DNA from: a virus
Lineage: Duplodnaviria > Heunggongvirae > Uroviricota > Caudoviricetes
DNA: 57,548 nucleotides
IMG/VR virus record: IMGVR_UViG_3300008107_000002
Direction: 5' to 3' (one strand)
Positions 9,340 through 18,630 of this stretch are shown in pieces. The position numbers were made by a program, and so were the translations under genes. The notes beneath the pieces are model-generated. The model ran no database searches and was not told the origin of the DNA. It saw only the letters and a program-made list of their open reading frames with translations. How positions within the stretch are numbered: the stretch's first letter is position 1; each line of letters starts with the position of its first letter.

Positions 9340-10320
9340 TTAAGATTTTTGACGGTTACGAATCATCGCAAGGATGTCTGCCGCACGTCCACTTGCTTCA
9401 GAAGTTGCTGGTGCAGCCTCTGCAGGAGTTGTGTCAAACGGAGCATCTTCTTCAGCATCAGTTTCTACGGGCTTGCTAACAGCTTTTGCTGGAGCAGATT
9501 TGCTTTCTGACGATGCATTAGAATTACCAGAATTAAAGCCTGCTGGCTTGAAATATTGTCCCCAACGTTCTGGATCATATGCTTCGCCGTCTACTGATGC
9601 CGCAAACATTTCTGCAATAACTTTGAGTTCAACTTCGCCTGGCTTTTTAGGCAGGAAGTCTTTTAGACTAAACAATCCATACTGTTCAATCGCGGCTGCT
9701 TCTTCAGCACCTAACGAACGCTCACGACGAGCCCAGTTAGAAGTACTGTAGTCAGCATAACCACCTTTACTTGTTTTTGTGATCTTAAAGTCTAAACCAC
9801 GGACATAGTCTGTTGGTGTTTCTTCGATCTCAGGATCCAACAGCGCATTCTTAACAATGTTAAAAATTTGGCTACCAATAATGAATCTACGGATTGGATT
9901 TTCTGGAGTTTTACCTTCTTCTTGAAGCTTGCTGTCAACAACAAAGCCTTGGAACAGGTATGACTTTTTCTTCCAGTACTTACGACCCATATCTTCCAAA
10001 GACTTATCCTTAAACCAAGGACGCACTTCAGTAAGAACTGGACAAGTTTCGCCCCACATTTCCATACAAGGAACTTGTACAGTAACGGGTTTGGAATTTG
10101 TTTCACCTTTAATGCCAGCGAATGGCAATTTGATCATTGCACGTTCGATCCAGAAAAAAGTGTTATTTGGATCGCCATCTGGAAGGAATCGTACTGTTGC
10201 ACTAGTGCCTTCTTGAATGTTCCAATGGGGATAAATTGCGTTGTCTCCACCGCTTGCGCTGCCGGTGTTTTGTTGAGATGATGCTTGAAGTTTTGCGCGG
10301 ATTTCTGCTAAAGTTGCCAT
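9340..10320 (-). CDS. gp32: gp32-like single-stranded DNA-binding protein
   Basis: Start MATLAEIR at 10320 with AAGGA RBS; VRFLP, CPV and KGGYADYSTS motifs; acidic/Ala-rich tail. Confidence 0.85.
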   Translation of the reverse strand: MATLAEIRAKLQASSQQNTGSASGGDNAIYPHWNIQEGTSATVRFLPDGDPNNTFFWIERAMIKLPFAGIKGETNSKPVTVQVPCMEMWGETCPVLTEVRPWFKDKSLEDMGRKYWKKKSYLFQGFVVDSKLQEEGKTPENPIRRFIIGSQIFNIVKNALLDPEIEETPTDYVRGLDFKITKTSKGGYADYSTSNWARRERSLGAEEAAAIEQYGLFSLKDFLPKKPGEVELKVIAEMFAASVDGEAYDPERWGQYFKPAGFNSGNSNASSESKSAPAKAVSKPVETDAEEDAPFDTTPAEAAPATSEASGRAADILAMIRNRQKS

Positions 10321-10377
10321 AATGTTTTTCCTTAATAAATGTTTTATATTATGCCTCTTCTTTAAAGCCAACTGACT

Positions 10378-10417
10378 AAAAAGAAAAATGTGTGCATACG
10401 ATTAAGTATACACACAT
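10378..10417 (-). terminator. terminator-like hairpin in the ssb upstream region
   Basis: AUGUGUGUAUAC-UUAAUC-GUAUGCACACAU (12 bp, one G-U) followed by UUUUCUUUUU. Confidence 0.55.
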
Positions 10418-10433
10418 CTATTTATCATCGCAA
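10405..10433 (-). promoter_or_regulatory. nested sigma70 promoter (TTGCGA-17-TATACT) and late promoter TAAATA (10424-10419) for ssb
   Basis: Both elements read directly on the minus strand. Confidence 0.6.
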
Positions 10434-10456
10434 CCTAAATGGTTACTGAAATAGGT

Positions 10457-12775
10457 TTATTTTGCCAAACCGGCTAATTTTAAAATAATATTAACGTCTT
10501 CATTTTTTAATCTGCCGTCAGTTTCTGCTGATTTTAACATTGCGGCACGATCCGAATAACTTCCACGTTTGACATCTTTGGCAGCGTCTTTTTCTCCCTG
10601 GGTAGGATTTTTAATATGTTTTAATGGATCAAACTTTTTGTCGTCAGTGGCTTCATTCTTTGGCTTATTGTAAGCATTTGGACGTTTCCCACCAGTTTCT
10701 TTTTCTAATCTCTGTAGCAATTCTTCGTCATCTGGGCCAACAATGGCCTTACCAACTGCTTTAGCACCAGCTTTAACTGCGCCGCCTACTTTTTTGGCAA
10801 TATCTTTGATACCCTCTGCCGCGACCGAAGCCATGGCTAACTCGGCTACTGCATCTTCCATGTGTCGGAGTTCGCCTAGTGTGTCTCCGATAAAATCTTC
10901 GTCGTGTCTTAATAGATACTGAATAGTTTTTGCAGGCATATTCATAGCAATCATTGCATCATCCATTTTATTAATGATCTGTTTTTCATTTTGAGGATTA
11001 TATCTCAACCCTTTATCGAATAAAAATTTTGCTACTTTATAAGATGTTCGGTCTTCTACAGCTTCTCCCAATTTGTCTTGGATTGCACTTCCGATATCAG
11101 CACCAGCCATTGCGCCACCTGGTGTTTTGGTTGCTATAGCTCCGGCAACTCCACCTAATGCCGCACCGGACATACCTTCATTTTCTTGTGGGTCTAAATA
11201 GTTGACCAATACTTCTGCCATTTTCATACCTTCATCTCCAAACTGTTTTTTTACAGCGGTTAATACACCGTGTTTTCCTTTAGGGAACGGTCCTAAATTT
11301 TCTTCTTTATGGTTTTTGTTATACATAGAATAAACCAATTCTGCAATAACCCTAGGAGATGCTACTTCTTTCATCTCTTCTTCATTGCTTTCATCAGTTG
11401 GTTCATATCCAAATTCTTGTGCCGCTTCCGGATCGCTTGCACTTAACCAAGATAACACTGTGTCTTTTACATCTGTTTCCGGATTGCCGCCTTGTTCAGG
11501 ATCAGCCATTGCTTCAAGTTTTGCAAATAGTTCTTCATCGTGTATGCCGATGCCTTCTAGTGCTTCAATGGCGCTTACTCCGTCTACACCTAAAGGTAAT
11601 CCTTTTTCTAACAGGTCATGTAGATCCCCAAGTTGATCCATGCCTAATTTGCCTTCTTCTACTCTATTTGCCCACTCTACAAAATCTCTAAAACTTGCAT
11701 GTTCTTTAACATCGTCACATACACAATCATCTTTTGGACGATCACATACATCACACTGCTCGGCTTCATTGCCCTCGCTTACAACATCTTCTAAATCTAC
11801 AGTATTTGCTTCTTGCATAATACTGTGAATTAAAGGAAAATATTGTGCTAATTCTTCTTTAAAACTTGAAACTGTAAATTTATGTTTATAGTCTTCGAGA
11901 GTAGCTTGGTCCATAACTAGATCTGATCCGGCATTCGGAACAAAACCTTCTTTCCACTTTTCGTAGTAGTTTTGTCCGCCTAATCCTTCAACTTGTCTAC
12001 GGAGAGATTCTAATTTTGTATTAGCTCTGTTTGTAATTTCGTTAACTGATTGATTTAGATTATCATGACTCACTTTGCGTTTAAATTCTGAAAGCTGGCT
12101 GATCTGCTCACTCATTCTTATGATAGCATTGCCAAACTCATCATATGGGCGTCCACCGTTGGCAACATGCCGTTGCATTGCCTTTGCTCCTGCTACATGA
12201 ATAAAAGGATATTTGAAACGTTCGCCTTCAGAATTTTCAATAAACAATGCTTTAATATTATTTCGTCGACTTCTAGCACCTGCTTGTTCATTTTCGATGC
12301 TATTTTTATGTCGAACAACAAGGGTAGTTTTTTCTAAAACTCGTCTACTTGTCTTTTTAGTTCCTTCAAATTTAATCGATTCATTCATATCCATATTTCC
12401 TATACTAGATGATGCCAAGTGTTGAAAATCATCTTTGTCGAGATTTTTCTTGGTAATATCTCGTGTGTCAAATCGTAAAAGTCTACGTTTAGCAAACATT
12501 CTCATTTCTCTTAAGAAGTCATACCAAATATCTTTTGTAAAATCGTCAGCATCTTCTAAAATATTTTGACTGTAAAATACTTTTAAACAACCGATTTCAT
12601 TAATGCTTATACTAACTCTGCCTAAATTTTTATCTTCAACTACAAAATCAAAATCAAAAAAGTGTGCTTCTTTAGGGTTAGCGGTAACTTCTCCTTGAGG
12701 ATCGCCCATTTCAAGATTTCTAAAACGGCTACGAATTTTGTCAAAAACGTCCTGGCTGATGATGTGAGTATTCAT
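10457..12775 (-). CDS. large putative internal head / virion protein with modular C-terminal half
   Basis: 772 aa; late promoter; acidic modules separated by x-x-E-[GAS] sites; Gly-zipper segment; C-terminal ILKLAGLAK. Confidence 0.6.
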   Translation of the reverse strand: MNTHIISQDVFDKIRSRFRNLEMGDPQGEVTANPKEAHFFDFDFVVEDKNLGRVSISINEIGCLKVFYSQNILEDADDFTKDIWYDFLREMRMFAKRRLLRFDTRDITKKNLDKDDFQHLASSSIGNMDMNESIKFEGTKKTSRRVLEKTTLVVRHKNSIENEQAGARSRRNNIKALFIENSEGERFKYPFIHVAGAKAMQRHVANGGRPYDEFGNAIIRMSEQISQLSEFKRKVSHDNLNQSVNEITNRANTKLESLRRQVEGLGGQNYYEKWKEGFVPNAGSDLVMDQATLEDYKHKFTVSSFKEELAQYFPLIHSIMQEANTVDLEDVVSEGNEAEQCDVCDRPKDDCVCDDVKEHASFRDFVEWANRVEEGKLGMDQLGDLHDLLEKGLPLGVDGVSAIEALEGIGIHDEELFAKLEAMADPEQGGNPETDVKDTVLSWLSASDPEAAQEFGYEPTDESNEEEMKEVASPRVIAELVYSMYNKNHKEENLGPFPKGKHGVLTAVKKQFGDEGMKMAEVLVNYLDPQENEGMSGAALGGVAGAIATKTPGGAMAGADIGSAIQDKLGEAVEDRTSYKVAKFLFDKGLRYNPQNEKQIINKMDDAMIAMNMPAKTIQYLLRHDEDFIGDTLGELRHMEDAVAELAMASVAAEGIKDIAKKVGGAVKAGAKAVGKAIVGPDDEELLQRLEKETGGKRPNAYNKPKNEATDDKKFDPLKHIKNPTQGEKDAAKDVKRGSYSDRAAMLKSAETDGRLKNEDVNIILKLAGLAK

Positions 12776-12780
12776 AGTGT

Positions 12781-12786
12781 TATTTA
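12781..12786 (-). promoter_or_regulatory. late promoter TAAATA
   Basis: TAAATA-acact-ATG(12775). Confidence 0.7.
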
Positions 12787-14376
12787 TTAAAAACTATTAA
12801 TGTAGATTGGCAAGGGCATATCGTATTCTTCTAGGCCGCTATGATCTCGCATTTTATCATAGATATGCGGATCCCAGTCTTGTAGCATCATAATCATGCG
12901 AATTGCTAGTAATAACGCAGAAACCATATCGTCGTGTTGCCCAGTTTTTGCTTTAAATGTTATTCCGTTTGCAATAAATGTTTTAAGTTCACTTATTAAC
13001 GGTTTGCTATTAATTTCTATTTTTTTAGTTTCTACAAGTTGTTTTAACTTGGCGCAGGCGGACAATTTAGCAGAGTGTGTTGTATTAAATCCTTTGCGGA
13101 ATCTACGAACATGCCCTTTCTTTATTGGCTCGCTTAAAAATAACCCAGGGATTGTTTCTTCTCCTAATTCGTTAATTGAAACTAGGGCACTTTCACCGAC
13201 GGTGTTATTTTCAACACTATAATATAAAGAAGTATTAAGCCCGTCGGCGACAAATTGTTCGTCTATATGTTTACATAAATCTCTTAAAATTCTTGCCTGT
13301 GCCTGTACAGGAGTTGAATTATGTTGCCACTCACAGACTTGTATCATACTAGGCAATTCTATAATTTCAATAGCAGCCGGGTCACCCCCTGTACCTAAAC
13401 TGGGATCTAGTGCAACAATATAGGTACAGGATGTATCAATTTTTTTATACCAACGGGCTTGCCCCATTTTCATTTTTGGTTCGATTCCTTCTAAATTTGC
13501 AAGGCTAATAGAGTTAATTAATGTTTCGTCAAAAATTAAGAACTTACATTCGTGTTCTCGTTCAAACCGTTCAATGCCCAACTGAGACTTCATCTCGTTA
13601 GCCCATACTTCATCGCGGTCTGGGTGCTCGCTCCAGATTGCCATGTAAGGATAAAACCCGTTACGGCCTAGTTCTGTTTGATTACCGTATTCATCAAATC
13701 GTTTACTAGCTTCACTCCAAATTAACGCAAATTGGTCTTCGTCACTGTTAGGTGTGCTTGTAATAATTGCCTTACCGCCTGTGGATAATGTAGGGGCAAT
13801 AGAAGTCCAAAATTCTGTAGCAATGTTAGGCTCTACATAGGCAAACTCGTCGCAGTATAATAAAGATACAGACATACCTCGACCGGTTGTTTCTGTAGTT
13901 GTCTGCGCCATAATACGAGAACCGTTATCAAATTCAATACTTTGCTTGTTGTAACTTGTAACTCCACATCGTATACTATCAGGGCAAAGTTCGTAAGCAT
14001 AACGTAAACGTTGCATAATTTCCTGTGCGCCTGTATATTTGTGGGCGGCAATAAGAATTGTGCTGTTAGGAACAAACATAGCATACCACAACAAATAGCC
14101 TACCGCAGTGGTAGTTTTACCCATTTGTCGTCCTAACATGTTTACACTAAAACGATGAGTGTGATAACTGTCTAATAAATTTTCTTGATAGCTAAACGGA
14201 TCGTATTGTATTTTACCTTGGGTTGGATGTTGTATATAAAAGAAGTTTCTTATAAAGTAATCTGGTCCAGTATCAAAATCTTGACATTTAAGAAGATGTG
14301 CAATATCATCCTCAGTCCACTTTTGTGTCTGATGTGCTCTTTTAACAAGGTTGCCTTCTAATGATTTTTGTGCCAT
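12787..14376 (-). CDS. gp17: terminase large subunit (gp17-like)
   Basis: GRQMGKTT (Walker A), YCDEFA (Walker B), TSTPN, ALDPS and HDDMV nuclease motifs. Confidence 0.93.
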   Translation of the reverse strand: MAQKSLEGNLVKRAHQTQKWTEDDIAHLLKCQDFDTGPDYFIRNFFYIQHPTQGKIQYDPFSYQENLLDSYHTHRFSVNMLGRQMGKTTTAVGYLLWYAMFVPNSTILIAAHKYTGAQEIMQRLRYAYELCPDSIRCGVTSYNKQSIEFDNGSRIMAQTTTETTGRGMSVSLLYCDEFAYVEPNIATEFWTSIAPTLSTGGKAIITSTPNSDEDQFALIWSEASKRFDEYGNQTELGRNGFYPYMAIWSEHPDRDEVWANEMKSQLGIERFEREHECKFLIFDETLINSISLANLEGIEPKMKMGQARWYKKIDTSCTYIVALDPSLGTGGDPAAIEIIELPSMIQVCEWQHNSTPVQAQARILRDLCKHIDEQFVADGLNTSLYYSVENNTVGESALVSINELGEETIPGLFLSEPIKKGHVRRFRKGFNTTHSAKLSACAKLKQLVETKKIEINSKPLISELKTFIANGITFKAKTGQHDDMVSALLLAIRMIMMLQDWDPHIYDKMRDHSGLEEYDMPLPIYINSF

Positions 14377-14381
14377 ATTAT

Positions 14382-14387
14382 TATTTA
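14382..14387 (-). promoter_or_regulatory. late promoter TAAATA
   Basis: TAAATA-ataat-ATG(14376). Confidence 0.7.
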
Positions 14388-14390
14388 CAG

Positions 14391-14418
14391 AAAAAAATAG
14401 CCCCCGAAGGGGCTATTT
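14391..14418 (-). terminator. intrinsic terminator with cUUCGg tetraloop
   Basis: AAAUAGCCCC-UUCG-GGGGCUAUUUUUUU. Confidence 0.9.
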
Positions 14419-14431
14419 GGTAATTTAAGAA

Positions 14432-15511
14432 TTACTTCTTTTTAGATTTAGCCTTTGCGCTAGCTTTCATGCGGGCGATTTTTACATCTTCCCAGTCATT
14501 CTTGCCATCTTTGTTTTGATCTACTTTGCTGCCTTCAGTCATAAACTGTTGATAATCATTAAACAATTTTTGAGTCATTGTATCTTCAGCAAAACCTTTT
14601 GGCATAGTACCATCCATTCTGTCACCCACGTTAGCATCATTTGGTTGATATGCCATTTTGTTCGAATCAAAATCTGGGATATTGTTAGGATCGTTTGGAG
14701 CATTGTCAAGACCACCGCCGATCATATCCATCAATCTACGCATGTCTTCTTTTGCATCAGGTACTAACACTTGATCGCCTTCAGTTGCTTCTTGTCCTGC
14801 TTCAACACCTGCGGCAATTTCTTCGGGATCGCCACCAGACAAGGCTGCGGCAGCTAAACCACCACCCACGCCTGCAATATCAACGGGAGGCTCTTCACCT
14901 AGACTTTCTTCTTCTGGGTCTGTGATACTATCACCGGCTGCACCGCCAACTGCCGCACCTAAAGGACCACCTAACGCGGCACCAATGCCAGCACCTGCCA
15001 TAGTACCTAACATGCCTTCATCTTCTGGACCATCCATATCTGGTGGAGCATTGTCACCTGGGCCTCTTGGCTCATTCATGACGTCAATCATTCTTTTCAT
15101 TTCGTCATTACCGTTACCGCGAGACGCTAATGCATCCCCCGTATCAGGTGCACCTGGTTCTAAAGGCATATCTTGAGAACCAACTGGCTTAACACCCGCT
15201 AGATTCATAATTTGTGTCAACATACTAGCAACTTCGTCGCCACTGGATGCTGATGCATTAATACTAAAACTTGCCGGAATAGTAGGAGCACTTGGCATCA
15301 TATTTTCCATACTAGGCATCATACCACATTCTTCTAACGTATTTTTAACACCAGAAAGATAACGTAGACTTTCTACACTTAACTCTTCTGATAGTGTGCG
15401 TTGTACTGCTTCGACGGCAGCATCTGCACTTACTTTTGGTTTGGCCGGAACCACGTTTGGATTCTGTCCATCTAATTCAGCTAGACGCTGTAATACATTG
15501 ATCATTTGCAT
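14432..15511 (-). CDS. acidic low-complexity putative internal head protein
   Basis: 359 aa, Met/Pro/Asp/Gly-rich; Gly-zipper GAGIGAALGGPLGAAVGG; EF-hand-like DQNKDGKND. Confidence 0.6.
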   Translation of the reverse strand: MQMINVLQRLAELDGQNPNVVPAKPKVSADAAVEAVQRTLSEELSVESLRYLSGVKNTLEECGMMPSMENMMPSAPTIPASFSINASASSGDEVASMLTQIMNLAGVKPVGSQDMPLEPGAPDTGDALASRGNGNDEMKRMIDVMNEPRGPGDNAPPDMDGPEDEGMLGTMAGAGIGAALGGPLGAAVGGAAGDSITDPEEESLGEEPPVDIAGVGGGLAAAALSGGDPEEIAAGVEAGQEATEGDQVLVPDAKEDMRRLMDMIGGGLDNAPNDPNNIPDFDSNKMAYQPNDANVGDRMDGTMPKGFAEDTMTQKLFNDYQQFMTEGSKVDQNKDGKNDWEDVKIARMKASAKAKSKKK

Positions 15512-15513
15512 AA

Positions 15514-16131
15514 TTATTTCTTCCTTAAGTCGGCTGCTTGAACTACAGGACTCTTATTATTTTGAGGTGCGTCCGTGTTAAACTTGGCCTTTGCTGTTGC
15601 GCCAGTATTGCTATCAGATGCTTCAGGAATAACTTCCCCTCGCTCTTTTCTTTGTAACTTAAGAATTGCATTTAATTCTTGCACAAATCCTGAATTGTAT
15701 TTGTCACCGTAGTAATCTTCTGGATTTACATCTGGTGCTTCTTTATATTCGTTATCTAAAAGTAGCGCACCCTCGCGCTTTTCAGTTTCTTGTTGGTATT
15801 GTTCGTATGGTTCATCTGGACTACGCACTACAATATGATCTCTAGTAACTTTAAGTTCACTAGCTAGATATTCTTTGAGTTCAAATTGTGTTGTTGGATA
15901 ATCTAGGTTTACTTCGTAGATATTAACTTCTGTATTCTTGAGCTGTGGAAAATCTAATGGTAATTGTTGGATAGGTGTTTTGCCTGTTTTCTTAAAAGAA
16001 GATATTGCAAATCTAGCTAGTGAATTTTCTAGTGCGGTTTCTCGATCTTTACCAAAATCGTTATCAGCGACCTTAATCCTAAAATTATAGGTTTTTTTGG
16101 ACTCTGATAGATATTCTTTAAATGTTTTCAT
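15514..16131 (-). CDS. conserved hypothetical (head-associated) protein
   Basis: Likely start MKTFKEYLSES, an N-terminus typical of T4-like capsid-targeted proteins; TAAATA at 16155-16150. Confidence 0.6.
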   Translation of the reverse strand: MKTFKEYLSESKKTYNFRIKVADNDFGKDRETALENSLARFAISSFKKTGKTPIQQLPLDFPQLKNTEVNIYEVNLDYPTTQFELKEYLASELKVTRDHIVVRSPDEPYEQYQQETEKREGALLLDNEYKEAPDVNPEDYYGDKYNSGFVQELNAILKLQRKERGEVIPEASDSNTGATAKAKFNTDAPQNNKSPVVQAADLRKK

Positions 16132-16148
16132 GATAGGTTCCCGATGCA

Positions 16149-16628
16149 TTATTTATTCATATTTTTAAGTTTTTCCAGAATACTATTACGATCTGTAAGT
16201 ATGTAACCTTCACCGTCGACTTGCTCGCCGCCTGCGGCACCGTGCTTTTTATCAATTGCCAGCTTCTTTAGTTGTAGATCGACCATTTTAAGTTTTTTAT
16301 CAATTTTATTAGTTTTAGCTGTAATTGCCGCCTGTAGCATCTGCCCAGCTACTTCAAACATACGAGTACTGTAACGTGCCTCTACCTGCATACCTAAATC
16401 CATAAGATCATCATAGGCTTTTTCTGCTTTTCCTGCAAGTTGATCTAGTTCAGAGTCGCTGAGATCGCCGAGCCCCTTAACCCTAGGAAGTGCGGCGCTA
16501 ATTTTGTCAAATTCTTCTAGTTTTTCTTGTAAATCAATGGTAGGAACACTTACTTCCACAGGATCTACTCTGACTTCGTCTTTTTCAGTAGGTTCAATAT
16601 TAAGGATTTCTTCAAGTCGTTTTGTCAT
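16149..16628 (-). CDS. putative terminase small subunit
   Basis: 159-aa helical protein (AYDDLMDLG...RMFEVAGQML) upstream of the large terminase; TAAGTA 5 nt before the ATG. Confidence 0.45.
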   Translation of the reverse strand: MTKRLEEILNIEPTEKDEVRVDPVEVSVPTIDLQEKLEEFDKISAALPRVKGLGDLSDSELDQLAGKAEKAYDDLMDLGMQVEARYSTRMFEVAGQMLQAAITAKTNKIDKKLKMVDLQLKKLAIDKKHGAAGGEQVDGEGYILTDRNSILEKLKNMNK

Positions 16629-16632
16629 ATTT

Positions 16633-17808
16633 CTACTTATCCATTAATCTTCTTTCTGATTCAATTTTAATGTCAAATTGTTTTTTAGGGAGGTCAATAT
16701 AAGACCAATCTAATTCTGTTACTTCTATTGGCCCTGTCCAGCCGTGCTTCCAATAATCGTGACCCGTCTCGTTGATAGGTTTATATTGATATCGTTTTGG
16801 GGCAGTATCCTTTTGGGGCAGTTTCATGTTTTTATACGCATCTCTTGTTATAACTTGATGTACAAAATTGGTAATTGGACCGTTATAAAATTGACACCAG
16901 GGTCCGGTATTAAGCTCTTCCATATCAATATTGGTAACATCAGGCCATTGTATTAATCGTAGAATCGCGCCCGTCGGTGCCCTAACCATAATATGGTAAG
17001 GGTTGTCGTCAGACCCTACATATTCTACAGGGCTTCCGTAATATTCTTCTACTCGTTTAAGTAAGTTGCTCAAGTAACTACGTTCTTGATCAGAACTACG
17101 ACCTATAAAACTGCCGCACCGAATTCTATAATGCCAGATATTGGAGTGTCGTATAGTTTCAATTTCTTCAAGAATGTCAGGTACATGATCTAAAGTTTCC
17201 ATGGTATATCCAATATATCCTATAGTATACCCTATATCTAGTAAGTTCCTTATTCCTGCAAGTTGTTTATTATGTATTGTGGTTCCTTGATAAGACCAAT
17301 GATTTAATCCTATACAAGCATGACGAAGTCCTGCGTTCCATGATGAAAGTGCAAAATCCTTATTAGCAAATCGTATACCGTTTGTAAGAATATCAAGAGA
17401 ATATCCCATGGCACTTATTTTTTGACAAACTTCAACAAAATCAGATCGTAGTGTTGATTCAGCTCCTGCAAACATGGGCAGAACTTGCCTAGGAAAGGTA
17501 CTAACTTGTGCTAATATTTCTTCTACTGGTCTGTCTTGAGTTTGATTGTCCGGTAAGTGATAACAATGTGGGCACGTAAGTTGACATTTATCGCTAGCTT
17601 CAAATAATATATTATTAAATCGAGATTCTATTTTAGCGTGATTTAAAGAATAATAAAATTCTTTATCTATTTCAATTATAGAAGTCATTTCTCCGTGTTC
17701 CGGACAACGTTTAATTAATTTGATTAAATTATTATTTTCAATTACATTGCCAGGGATGTGAGCATAACAATGATCACAAAGGCTAACTGTTTTATGTATA
17801 AACAACAT
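16633..17808 (-). CDS. radical SAM enzyme with N-terminal rubredoxin-like CxxC...CPEHG domain
   Basis: CQLTCPHC (CxxxCxxC), GAEST and LTNGIRF; N-terminal TVSLCDHC...KRCPEHG. Confidence 0.85.
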   Translation of the reverse strand: MLFIHKTVSLCDHCYAHIPGNVIENNNLIKLIKRCPEHGEMTSIIEIDKEFYYSLNHAKIESRFNNILFEASDKCQLTCPHCYHLPDNQTQDRPVEEILAQVSTFPRQVLPMFAGAESTLRSDFVEVCQKISAMGYSLDILTNGIRFANKDFALSSWNAGLRHACIGLNHWSYQGTTIHNKQLAGIRNLLDIGYTIGYIGYTMETLDHVPDILEEIETIRHSNIWHYRIRCGSFIGRSSDQERSYLSNLLKRVEEYYGSPVEYVGSDDNPYHIMVRAPTGAILRLIQWPDVTNIDMEELNTGPWCQFYNGPITNFVHQVITRDAYKNMKLPQKDTAPKRYQYKPINETGHDYWKHGWTGPIEVTELDWSYIDLPKKQFDIKIESERRLMDK

Positions 17809-17809
17809 A

Positions 17810-18253
17810 TTATTTTTTCTTCTTGCCGTTATGAAAAATATCGCTCTCGTTTATAACTCTAAACTTTAACCCGTTATTTTTACACCAATTACTGGCTGCG
17901 GCCCACTTGGCCATGTTCTTAACATACTGGGCTTGATTGTAAGGATTCTTCCCAACTTTTTCAAGGATTGTTTGATTGGCTGGTTTTATTTCTATAAGTT
18001 CTGCATGTTTTTTTTGATGCTTATCTAAATAGACAATCAAAAAATCAGGAACATAAACTGTATTCCTTCCTGATAACGGATCTTTGTAAGGAATTTTAAC
18101 ACTCTCACTCGACCATTGATGTACGCTAGGATTGTGGTCGCAAAATTGCATAAACGTTAATTCCCATGAACTTCTATACATAGGAGTTTTAGTCCCTATG
18201 TATTTTTCCGGATTCTTAACGGTATAAAAATCTTTTGCAAATTTAAGACTCAT
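17810..18253 (-). CDS. head completion nuclease (T4 gp4 / TnsA N-terminal-like)
   Basis: NPEKYIG, YRSSWE, YVPDF, IEIKP and KWAAA motifs. Confidence 0.85.
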   Translation of the reverse strand: MSLKFAKDFYTVKNPEKYIGTKTPMYRSSWELTFMQFCDHNPSVHQWSSESVKIPYKDPLSGRNTVYVPDFLIVYLDKHQKKHAELIEIKPANQTILEKVGKNPYNQAQYVKNMAKWAAASNWCKNNGLKFRVINESDIFHNGKKKK

Positions 18254-18630
18254 GGCAAAATATTTCGATGTGCCTCATCCGAATTAGTAGGAGCTACATA
18301 TATGCCCAAGGAGCTAGATTTAAATCTGTTATAATTAAGAATTTGTGTAACTATTCCATTAACTTCAACATTATCAAGGCCTGATAATGTATCTAAAATA
18401 ACCATAGGATTAAGGTCTTCTTGTTTTGCTTGAACATTAATAACTGCAGAAATAGTTTCTGCACTAGCTTTATCAAATCCTCTTTTTTCAAAATAGGCCT
18501 TAAACAATATTAATGCATTGTTATCAATTTGAATAGGTTTATCAAAATATTCATCAAAATATTGTTTAGTGAAATTTGCACTATCACTTTTTTTCTCTAT
18601 AGGAATATTGGTATAAATTTTATTGGGCAT
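18250..18630 (-). CDS. hypothetical virion protein
   Basis: 126-aa ORF translationally coupled within a late operon. Confidence 0.6.
   Translation of the reverse strand: MPNKIYTNIPIEKKSDSANFTKQYFDEYFDKPIQIDNNALILFKAYFEKRGFDKASAETISAVINVQAKQEDLNPMVILDTLSGLDNVEVNGIVTQILNYNRFKSSSLGIYVAPTNSDEAHRNILP

Noticed and set aside
8866-10281. Antisense ORFs over uvsX and ssb (similar ones lie over the sheath and MCP)
   Set aside because: Shadow frames of strongly codon-biased genes with no recognisable motifs
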